DNA from: Squalus acanthias
Taxonomy: Eukaryota
Assembly (NCBI GenBank): GCA_030390025.1
Contig: CM059431.1
Span: 113,956,001-114,020,000 of the forward strand
Length of the DNA: 64,000 nucleotides
Direction of reading: 5' to 3'
Made by a program: the position numbers and the translations under genes. Under the pieces are notes generated by a model that searched no databases, had not been told where the DNA came from, and worked only from the letters and a program-made list of their open reading frames with translations. Every line of letters starts with the position of its first letter. The first letter of the stretch is position 1. Shown one piece after another: positions 39,526-50,715 of the stretch.

Positions 39526-40217
39526 TCTATTTTTTTTAATAGTGGTGCCATATCTTTTATCTATGTTTTTCAATTGAGTACTCTCATTAATGCTGTAGTT
39601 ATCAGTAAATGAAGTTGAATAACCAGCTCTGTGAAAAATGTGCTTTGTAAAGAGCTGGTACTTCACTATAGAACACTTCTACTTATACCATATTGTACTT
39701 CATCATTAGGCTGTGTGGTCACATACTGGTATAATGAGAAACATTTGTTTTATAAACTAATTTTATTCCATAACCTTTGAATATTGCTCTTTTATCTTAC
39801 CAGAAACTTGACGCATAATAAAAACATGTTTTCTTTACAGAAGCAAAGTGTTTTAATGAGCAAAATGCATCGTTTTAATAATGGCTCAATTATTGAGGGT
39901 CTTACTTTCCTCAGTTCAAATAAGCAGGATGAATTACTATTTTGCTTCATAATTTATGACCCGCTAATGAAATTGTGAAAAAGAACAGTTTTGAAATGTC
40001 TAATTCCTGAGAATATGATTTCAAGATTAGTAGTAGCAATCTTGCTCTTAGCTATTTAAATATAGGTGGGTTTGCAGTCAATGTTAAAAGGGTCACTAAA
40101 TATATCAGTAATTACCTATCTAATAGTCAACATTGGTAAAGTGTTCCATTTCTTTATTTTTTTTTAAATTAACTGATCTATAAACAAAATTAAAATCCAA
40201 CAATTTATAAAAACAAT

Positions 40218-40874
40218 GACCCGAGAAATCTGCAGGTTGTAATTCTGGCAGTTACACTGGGATCATGCCCACTAGTGCCATCCACCATTGATCCCACGAG
40301 AGTTTTGTGGGGCCAATGGTGGAAAATCTAATCTAGTGGGGACCCACACCACTGTGGGACATCTCCAGCACCCATCTGCACCATGTTGCTTAAACATCCA
40401 GTGCATGGCCACCATCGGTCACAGATCCCACCGCCCTGCCCCCACCACCCCCAAACATAAATCCCTCGTCACCCCAGAGACCCCATGGAGTCCCCTCTCG
40501 CCCCCCTGCTTAAAGGTGCCAATTGAGATTTTTTTTAAAATTTGTATCTTATCTTCAGGAGTCCGGGCTGCTTCTCTGGCTTGGATCCCCCTGGTGTGGG
40601 CCTATTTGTGCTTTTCTTATTTCTCTTGGTGTATCAGCCTCTAATCTTACCTGGGTCTCCTCAGGGTCTGGGAAGTGACAACTCTCAGTATAGGGAGTCC
40701 CTTGCCCTGGCTCTGCCTTCTTAGTGTCACTGGCCTTGTAAGGGGTGTGCAGAAGTTCTGTGCCAACCAGGAACTCCTGAAATCTATGGGCCCCTGCCTG
40801 TCTCTGGGACATTCCACTGGTCTCCCGGCATAATCCTGCAGGGAGTCTAGTGAAATGCAAAGAAATTCAGGGCC
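40218..40874. mobile_element. Degenerate MITE-like insert
   Basis: GC-richer block bounded by GACCCGAGAAATCT and AGAAATTCAGGGCC, similar to the other TIRs. Flanks are AAT/AAA. Confidence 0.4.
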
Positions 40875-41621
40875 AAAATCACTATGCCAATCTCAAGGAT
40901 ACAGTCTTGTTAAGGCAAGGTTCCAAATCACACTGAAATAATCAGCATCCATACTATGAATTACATGCTAGTGATTTGCACGTCAATAGTTTATCTGTAC
41001 TCTCTATACTTATGTTCGCAGCCAATTAAGTTTGCTTCATGCCATTTCGGTCCCTGCCTGTCCTGTACTATATACTGTTCACTACTTATTACATTGTCCT
41101 TATATTCTTTACCCAATATCATATTGCTCAACCCAAATGCCTTACATAGAACCATCATTTTTTACAGCACAGAAACATGCCATTTGGCCCATCAAGTCTG
41201 CAACAGTGTTCATCTCCATATGACACACCTAGTCTAGTGCCACTCTCCTGCTTGTGCCACATGTCCTTTAATATTCCTCTTTTTCAAGCAACTATCTATT
41301 TTGTTTTTAAAAGAATTTATGGATTCTACAGAAAATAACTTTCTTATAGGAAGTTTATATTGGACTCTATGGATTTTATGCACTTGTCCACACTGGCATG
41401 GTCTTTATAGTGATAGTGATGCCAATATATGACCCTGAGAATAGAACAGTTACGTGTTCTAAAAGCTCAACCACTGTATCAGAACACCAAGAGAAAGCCT
41501 GTTCATTTAAATTACTAGTGCCTTGGCGATGATCATTTCATTTGCATGGAAAAAATAGAGAATCATCATGATGCAGCAGTAATAACAAACCCTTAATGCT
41601 TCTCAGCAGTTAGCGAGCAAC

Positions 41622-42230
41622 TTAAGAACATAAGAATTCACAGGACCAGAAACAAAATCATTTCAGTCAATCCCACAATTCAAGAACAGAATATACAATT
41701 CACTACCTACATTTTGTCATGAAATGCCTGTCCAAATGCCTTTTAAAATTACTGATGTTCCAAATATTCACCACCCTGAGTGTGAAAAATGTATATCTGA
41801 TCTCTTCATTCATCTTTCTTCTTCTGAGCTTCATCCAATGTCCCCTCATTGGTGGTCTCCGAGCTTTGGCAAACAGTTTCTGAGGTTTAAGTTGCTGATA
41901 CCTTTAAGAATCTTGAATAGCTTAATAATTTTCCCCTCTCTGTCTTCCCTTCTGCAGTGTAACAAACTCAACTTCTATATTCTCTTTAGCCAGGTATCAG
42001 ACACATATATAACCTTTTGCTGCACTATTTCCATTGCCCTGATGTTCTTCCTATAATAGTGACCAGAACTGCATACAGTACTCCAAATGGAAATGAATCA
42101 ATGTCCTGTATAGACTCAGTATCATATCCTGTCATTTATGTTCTATTCTAGGAGCTTATACAAACCAAGATCCTATTTATTTTATTTACTAGTGCCACAC
42201 ACTGTACAGATAGTTTCAACAATCATAAAA
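41622..42230 (-). mobile_element. Old, highly decayed CR1-type fragment
   Basis: TAAGAACATAAGAA tail and GTGACCAGAACTGCATACAGTACTCCAAATG (reverse strand encodes HLEYCMQFWS, the CR1 LEYCVQFWSP motif). Confidence 0.6.
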
Positions 42231-44184
42231 TATATAAGTGTTGAAAAGTTTATTAGTCTACCACTTTCCTCAAAAATTGCACAATTTTGGAGGAAAATGT
42301 CTCAATGAAGATTGAGAAAAGTCTGTTTTGCCAACTATTCTCTGGTTGTTCGAACCAAGCTCTTTAATGCATAAATCAGAGCATATCCTCGGTAGGAAAT
42401 GATGCTCCCAAATATGAAAATGATGCAACAAGTTGGGCAGTATGTCATTGAAAGAGTCAATGTGATGCCAACAACTTGAAGGAATGATCAAAAGGTCCAG
42501 AAGAAGTTGCACAATGTAAAGAGCACAAAGGAAAGATAAGAATAGTATAACATGAGAGTGCAGGACAAAGGTACACTAGAAAGTAGTAGTTGTTAACAAT
42601 GGTTGCCAAAAAACACCATACTATCACAGAGAAATGTTAGCTAGGATATAGAAAGTAAGCAGTAGAAGTGAAAATTGTTGGGCTATGCAAATCATATTAT
42701 ACATGTTGTGATGGAAAAGAGAAGGTACTTCATAGAGGATTTCATGGATGAGATTGCCTTCTCTCAATCTCCACCACTCTTGTGTTTAAAGGCCAATCTT
42801 GCATATAATTGGAAGGTTGCAGCATGGAACAAGTGGTAGACCTCCACACGTCATCCTCCTTATCAACAAGCTATTGCACATTTGTGTGGGAACTTGGAAG
42901 GTGTGAGATCTGCACAGGTTGGAGTCGAGCGCACAAGTCTTGGTATGGACTATATTATTCGCCATGGTATGTACACAAAATATTTCCGTCCATTCAGCTC
43001 ACTAACCCAAGGCTCGCTGGAATTTAAATATTCTCTTTTCAATGTGAGTATCCAGCTGCACAATGGTGCACTAGTTCATCCAAAATCACTTTAACAAGAT
43101 CTTACCAGGTAAAAATTAGCTTTTTCTCCCAACTTTCACGAACGTTCATTGATCCAGTTTAGAAGGGTAGAATCCCGAGGAGTGCTAGACACAAACGCAT
43201 GGTTTGTTAAGTTTTTTTTCCTGATTTGTGCACGGTTTCTACACACATCTGATTTTTCAGTTAAATTATTACACAAGAAAATATGCCCTTAAATCTTAAG
43301 AACCTATGGTGAATTATGACAACCACCCGGAGAATATTCTGTACTTAAAATGATTTTATGTCAATAGAAATTATGAAGTGATCTCTCATTTATTTAGATA
43401 CTTTTGCAAATTATCTTGTTATTTATTCGTATATATACTAATGGGGGTGTAGATTCTGTAGCTGGCTTTCGGAATTGCATGAACAAGTACCTTAAAAGTT
43501 TTAGACAATTTAAAAATAGAGTCGGCCTATCCCTGATCTACCTTTGACCTATATCCTCCAACCACCTGCTGTTTCGGCTCCCAACTGAAACCTTCTTTGC
43601 TGTTCCTTTTATGTAACGCCATCGGTGTTAACCCAATTCACCCACCAAATTATGCCATTGACCGCTATCCTTCGAAGCAAGTATGCATTTAAATCCTTGT
43701 TAATATTTGCATCATCTTGCACTGTATGTGCTCCCATGTTCCATTCCTGGCTGTCAAGTTAATAACGGCACTGTTCACTTATCTCTTGTGTTTTATTAAC
43801 GCCATAACGTTTTTTCACCCAGAAAACAATCACCCTTACAACTATCCTGTGTATAAAAGATTCTTACCTCTTGCTTTCTTTGTTCTACCCACAGAAAATG
43901 TTGAAAAACGTGTCAGTCGTCTACAAAATGACGTAGTTTACATAAAACGAAAATGCAAGTAATGCACTTACTAATTTTAAGATTGAAGTGCACTCGACAT
44001 CAGGATTTCTAAAATTGAGGAACGCTTGTTGAGCTCTATATTGGCGCATGATTGCAATACATTTAGAACAGCTTTTTAGTAAATAGTCCTGTCCCTTAGG
44101 GTACCTTATGCGCTACAAGATTGCGGCTGCAAACGCGATGGGCGAACCTTTTTGAAGCCTGCTTGCTACTCAAATATTAAAAGA

Positions 44185-44735
44185 AGCGTGTGATGTTGTA
44201 CTTGTGCGTGTGTCTGAGTGTGTTGAATGCGCGATTGTGTGTATAATTATAGTGCTGTGTATTGGATTTGCTTGTTTCTTGGGTGTCTGCTGTGCGCTAT
44301 ATGTGCTGTGTGTTTACATGTTATGTGTTGTATCTGTATCTGTACATGTATGTATTGTGCTGCGTATGTTCTATATGCTCTGCATACGCTAACTGTGTGT
44401 TATACATGTGCTATGTGTCTATAAGTTTAAACATGCATGTGCTGTGTGTTTCTGTGTGTACATGTTGGGTTTGTTGTATGTATTGTGCCGTATTTGTGTG
44501 TATATGTACGTAGTGTGTGTGTTTATGTGCTTTGTATGTTTATCTGTGCAAGTCTTATGAGTTTGTGCCTGTATATGTTCTATGTATGTTGCTGTGTGTG
44601 TGTTGCGTGTCTAAGTACATGTACTGTGCGTTTATGTGTGGACACGTATACAGATTTGCGTTTGTATATGTTATATTTATTGTGCTGTGTGTATGTACTG
44701 TGTGTGTCTGTCTGTTTACGGATGCTGTTGATTGT
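44185..44735. repeat. Degenerate TG/TA-rich microsatellite-like tract (about 550 bp)
   Basis: Continuous TGTGTA/TATGTG-type words that produce spurious C/V/M/Y-rich ORFs. Confidence 0.85.
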
Positions 44736-46349
44736 AGGGTGTCTACGGGGGAATCAGACTTACTGAAAAGACACGTTCCTAGCAGCTGTTTTCGAGCCAG
44801 TTTTCACAATACCTCCTAGTACCTGCAGGCATTAACTGATCATCTTGATTCTACATTTGCAAACCTGCTGGAATAAATGTGACTTCTGGGTATCAAGAGG
44901 TCAAGTACGGCTGCTCAAATATTTTTCTTACAAAATGACGGATTTATTAGACAAATAAGTAGCCCGGCTGATGCAAAAACCCCAGTGATTGAATTTTCAC
45001 GTTAAGTCAACAACAACTCGAACTACATCAGTGCCCCGAGATTTAGTGATGATAGCTGAGATTACTCAACAAATAGGATTTTGAAATGAATACAGATTTC
45101 TAGGGATCTGCTCTGGCACTTTCCGCTTGACATTTCCTCCTCCATGCCACCCAGTTTCCCCTCCCAGGCTTGCGATGGATATCAGAGTCTTAGATACGAG
45201 CGCTTCAGCATGCAAAGAGGTTTTAAAAGTTTCAGATCATTAATTAATTGTGGTTTCAAATTATCATTTTTAAAAGCAGCTTGTAGCAATGCCTGTAGTA
45301 CAATAGAGATTTTCTTCGTAAGATCATTTCCCCCCTCAGTATCTAATTGTTCAGGATGCCTCCAATTTTTTGCAATGTAGTTGAATTTCTGAGTTTCTTT
45401 ATCAAATCGTCTTTTTCTTTGTGCAGTACCGTTGATTGCATTCGAATATAACGCTTTAAACCACATGGCTGTGAGACCGCATTATTCGGCTGCCTTCCCT
45501 ATTTGCACACTCCTGGTAGCCTTTTTCCTAAACGCTGGAAGCAGCTGCTACGATTTTTTTAAGAGCTGGGAGGTCTCAAAAAGTACGTTGCACAGTTTTT
45601 TTTTGCTGTTGTTTATTTCTGCTGGGTTTAAGTCGAATACTTATCCGACAGCCGGGAGGTGGGTTTTTCCAATGTGGGGAAGGGAACTGACCGTGGTGCT
45701 GAAATTTCTCCCCTGTTTGGCGCGGTTACCACGCAATCTTTCAGAGAAAATATTTCATCTGTACTTTCAGATTGCTAAATGCAAAAAAACTGACAGCTGA
45801 ATCGTGCTCATTCCTGTCCGATGTGCTGGTAGCAAATAATATGTAGCACCTAATAAATCCAGTTGGCGTTCGCTATATAGCCTCATGCAGAAATAATTAT
45901 TGTCCTGCCCTGCTGATGTCAAAAGGCCTCCTCGTCTCATCTGTCATGAAACCAATTTCACTTTATTTACATCCATTTGGTAGTTTAATTACTGCGCTGA
46001 TGAATAGCCTAAAGGAATTAAGTTACGATTCCTTAGAAACCTAAATCGACAGATATATGGGCTATTTTTTTCCTAGACGGAACAAAAAGCTGCATGCGTG
46101 TGTGCATGAAAATTAGACGGGGATGCACTGAGTGTCTCTTGTTGGCAGTCAGTTTGCAACTCGTTCTCTCCACTCGGGGAACTTGAAGTGTGAGTGTGTG
46201 TTTATTTCAAGACATTTTTCTCACAGGTTCGACCAAATAGGCTAAGGAAGCAAATCGAAACTGAGTGCACTGTTCTACTGTACCTGCCATTGCCTTGCAT
46301 TGACTTCCTACAGCCCATGTGGAGCACAATTGATTTTAAAAAATGACAA

Positions 46350-46468
46350 TAAGTTAACGTTTCAGAGCTGAAACGCTTCTCTCTCCACAGACGCTGCCTG
46401 GCCTGCTGAGTATTTCCAGCATTTTCTGTTTTTATTTCAGATTTATAGCAGTATTTTGCTTTTGTATT
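46350..46468 (+). repeat. Penelope-like terminal repeat remnant
   Basis: CTCTCCACAGACGCTGCCTGGCCTGCTGAGTATTTCCAGCATTTTCTGTTTTTATTTCAGATTT, the reverse complement of 20480-20560. Confidence 0.6.
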
Positions 46469-46864
46469 AGGATCGCATCTATTGCGAACCTGTTACATTA
46501 ACAATTCAGTCAGTAATGAACAAATAAGAGTTGGTTGTACGGCCCAAGCACAGCGGGGAAACAGTTCCTGTTCCTTAATGTGGCCGCAATTCGCCCACTA
46601 GCAACAGCCTAACTGTTACAAGACTCCCCAAAAATTGTTGCCACAATACGACAATAGTTTGATATAATTTTGTTGCTATTATTATTAATGAATCTTACAA
46701 TATGAAAGTTCCCACTAGTTTTTTTTCACGTTCAGCTGCGATTTCCTTGTCGCTATTTGCATTGGCAGTACGTGACTGGTGATAATCTGGATAAGACTCT
46801 TTAGGCATTTCCTAAGCAGTTCTGAACTCATTCTTTACAATTAGTATAACTTTGTTGGCCTGAA

Positions 46865-47062
46865 AGAAATAAAGACTTGTATTTATATAGCGCCTTTCAC
46901 AACCACCGGACGTCCCAAAGCGCTTTACAGCCAATTAAGTACTTTTGAAGTGGAGTCACTGTTGTAATGTAGGAAAGGCGGCAGCCAATTTGCGCACAGC
47001 AAGGTCCCACAAACAGCAATGTGATAATGACCAGATCATTTGTTTTAGTGATGTTGATTGAG
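46865..47062 (-). mobile_element. SINE 3' half (SacSINE1-like)
   Basis: AAAGACTTGTATTTATATAGCGCCTTTCAC...CCAATTTGCGCACAGCAAGGTCCCACAAACAGCAATG. CpGs are retained in this copy. Confidence 0.75.
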
Positions 47063-50000
47063 TGATGTTAAGGATCTGTCCGGGAGAGGACTGGGTTAGG
47101 TTTGATGTACACTCCGGTAAAGTTCAGGTCACTCCAGGACTACCCAACACATTGAACAACACCTCAGAATTCAGATCCTTTGAAACACACGTGATAGGTG
47201 CTGAATTTCTCCACGGGTTTGCTAACCTTGACTACACGTCGCACCCCAGGGGCACCTCACAAACTCACATCCCCCATTCTCATATGTACAGTTAGAAAAT
47301 CGTCCAACAACATGTTTAATGCTTCGCAATTGGCCTTTAAAATGGGAATCTGAACGCGCGCGAGATATTTACATTTTGCTTCTCTCGGTTTCGTTATCAA
47401 ATAAATGCACTCTCTCCAACAATATTGCACAATCCGCGATACTTTACCAATTAGATGACACAATAATGTCTCCTTGCATGTAGTCGGTGTATGAATACAA
47501 ATATTTCAATTACTAAACAGCGTCTATATGTGGTAGATGTTGTCAAATGCCAACATTGGCTAACAGCTTCATATTTTCTTTGCAGCAGACAGGAAGAAAC
47601 GTTAAATAATTAAGGAAACTAACATCCTATTAAAATTATAGCTTCGAGCTTTTTTGATCAATTTCATGTGCAAATGAAAATCGAAACTATTGAGGTGGTC
47701 ACACAGTACGGTGGCGGGGGTGGGAACAGCGATGCTAAAGGCCACTGGTCATCTTTAAGAGTATTCTGTTTTCTTTGAAAAGGTCAGACTTTCTGAAATT
47801 CTGTGATCGTTTTGGGAGGCGCTGGCACGGTTAGAAAAGGTGGGGTGGCTGGTGTTCTGGTGTGTTTCCTTTTGATTAATAGATACATGTGGCAAGCGGC
47901 CCGACATATGGTGTGCGAAGCAGCTTGAAATGGTACCTTAGGCATCCCCTACGGCGATTAACATATTAGAGGCTTTTGTGCAGTCAGACAGTCAGACTTC
48001 ATCTTCTGTGCGCCTCGTAAAGTCAGAGCACAGAGCTGTTTGATAGGCTTTCAATAATGCATTACTGCCAATGACAGACTTATACTTAAAGGGATCCCAG
48101 CTCTAATGCCTTTTATATAAAAAATCACTTTAAAATAGAGGTTCAAAGAGATGAGTGAAACTGCTATCTCCAGCTTCCCTTGTAGAATTGTAAACTTCAA
48201 ATGAGACACTGCCACATAAAGCGTGCTTTCTGGATGTTCTGCACAAATTTATGTAGTATGCAATTTTATGGTGACACTTTTTCTAAGAGGACCCGATCAT
48301 GTCAACAAGCATCTGACTTCATTGCAACTACATTTCGTGATGTTATTTCAGAACTGCAGCAATGTTGCATTAATCTGGCGACCGTCTTTAAAGATGGTTA
48401 AACAACAATCAAAGCAGTCGTTATGTCGCTATTATATTTTACTCGGTCGTTGTTTATTGCATGTGCGTCGATGATAAAACAGCAGGTACTTTAACACTTT
48501 GTGAGGTCGGGTTTTTATATTGTTTGCCCCGGTCAACTTAAAAGGAAGCGGTGTGAATTCCGTGGACATTTGAGCTATTACCTGGTAACTGAGATTGGAC
48601 CGCAACACAAACAGAACAAATAAGAAATAAGGAAAAGATCCGATGGTGACCAACACCCTTAAACACACACAATTGTATTCTTCCTTAAAGATAAATACGA
48701 AAATAATCAACAAACAGGATGGGAATTATAGTCTCACTTCTACAGCAGACTCGGCTCTCGTTGTCCCGCTATCCTCCCTGGCCCCTTTAAGTCGCGGAGG
48801 GTCATATTATAGAAATACCTACTAATACTATTCAAAACAAGAATCACTCAAGGCGTAATGCGCCATGTTGTAGTTTACTAAACGAAAGTTTCCTGCTCAG
48901 GAGTTCTAAGTGAAGGCTGAATTCAGACAACTGTTTATTGTCCAGCTCCTGTTGTGTCTTACTGTAACTTCAACATTCATGAAAGATGTTCCTTCGACAT
49001 TAAGTCCACATTAGTAGGAGGACAGTAGGCTGCATTATTACTTAGAGATCGCGTTGGTTCTGACTAAGTAAAGGTAACAAGTTTGTACGCCAGCGCTGTA
49101 TCATCGTCATTACATTTGGAACGCGCAGGCAAATTGAAACACTGGTGCCTATGTAGTTTTTTCTTTTTAAAAAAACAAGATTATACCTTGGCGATGTAAA
49201 TGCGTCCAAATAATCGGCTTCATTTCCTGGACTGTAAAAAATGATTTCTTAGCTACGTATTAAACTGTGTATTTTCCTGACAAAGCATCAATCTGTGCAA
49301 AGTATGCGCTGAAACGCTAAACGCAAAGTTCGGTTGGATATTGTAGCAATTTTCCAAAAGTTTTGAGAACTTTTGTACAGGCTATATCGGATATTGTCGC
49401 AATTCATCGAGCGCAGTTAAAAGTGAATTTAGGAAAGACCTTCGACTTTACAATGAAATAATCTGCAGGAGATAGTTAGATTGATAGATAGATAGAAAGA
49501 GAGATACTCTTCCATTACATAGAATCTTTAGTTAATTTGTTCGTCCTCAGCTTCTCTCTGCTCTCCGCTGATGACAGTTGCCTGGAGAACCATCATACTC
49601 AATCCATAGTGGGTAAAATACACAGGAGGTACTTATAAAGACACTTTTTTTACGTTATAGGTGTTCGCTGTTGCAAATTCAGATGCGATGTTACCTATTG
49701 TTCCCATAAACGTTTAAACACGCTAGCATCACTATACATCTTACATTTTGCTCTATTTCTGCGGTGCAAGATTCATTTGATGAAATGGCTTAGATACCGA
49801 GTCAGTGTGAATCATTCTATCGTATTAAAAACAATCACACGCTCAAAATGTGCCCAATGACTAGTATGCAAAAATAAACCTGCAGTCGCTCAAGATCTAT
49901 AATAGATATTTAAGACAAAGTAAATGTCCTTACCCCATTAAAATGTCTCTGTCTTGGCAGGCAAAAGTCAGACAATAGCAATAAATATAGCTTTTTGCTG

Positions 50001-50696
50001 GGAAAAGACTGCAGCTGTGGCCCTTTTCCTCAGCGCCCTGCTAAGAAAAAAATCCGATTGCTGTCTGAAAATATTGCATTTTATATCACCAAAGGCGATT
50101 AATATTGCATTAACTGTATTTAACATTTTAAACGCGCATTATATCTGTATGGACTGAATCCATTTATTGAGAAAGGAACTGCTGAGATGTCAATATTCAT
50201 GATATAAAAAAGATCCCAACAACTTGGCTGCAATACACAGGAAGAGATCTGAGACGTAGCTCTTTTGTATGTCCCCCCCCCCCCTTTAAACTCCCATAAT
50301 CTGCAATCACCTCTTTGATGTGGGAAAAGTCATGCTAATGTTACAGTTAAATTATTCTGACACAGTCCCGGGACACATAGGTCTCTGGCTTCATTAAATG
50401 TTTATTGTCAGTACCTGACTGCCTGAGAATTCCTTGTGTAAATGAGTTTTTCCCATAGACTGATCAAGCAGTGAATAGATGCAAAATAAACCCCTGTGTT
50501 TAGAGTGTAGTTAATTCTTCTTATGAAACCATAACATGCCAGGTCAATATAAAATTAAGAAACAATTTTGGAAAGAAAATAACTGGAAAAATATGTCGAA
50601 AGTATACTGGCACAATCGTTAGAGTTTCAAAGAATAGGTATGTACTGTACTGTTCTTAGCGCAGTTGTAGGTGGTCCTCACCAGATTGACCTCTGA

Positions 50697-50715
50697 CACT
50701 GCCATCTAGTGTTGC
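50697..50715 (-). promoter_or_regulatory. Candidate CTCF site
   Basis: The minus strand reads CAACACTAGATGGCAGTG, close to the CTCF core CCAC(C/T)AG(A/G)(G/T)GGCAG. Confidence 0.5.

Noticed and set aside
44204-44819. Cys/Val-rich ORFs resembling membrane or metallothionein-like proteins
   Set aside because: They are translations of a degenerate TG microsatellite, open in several frames.
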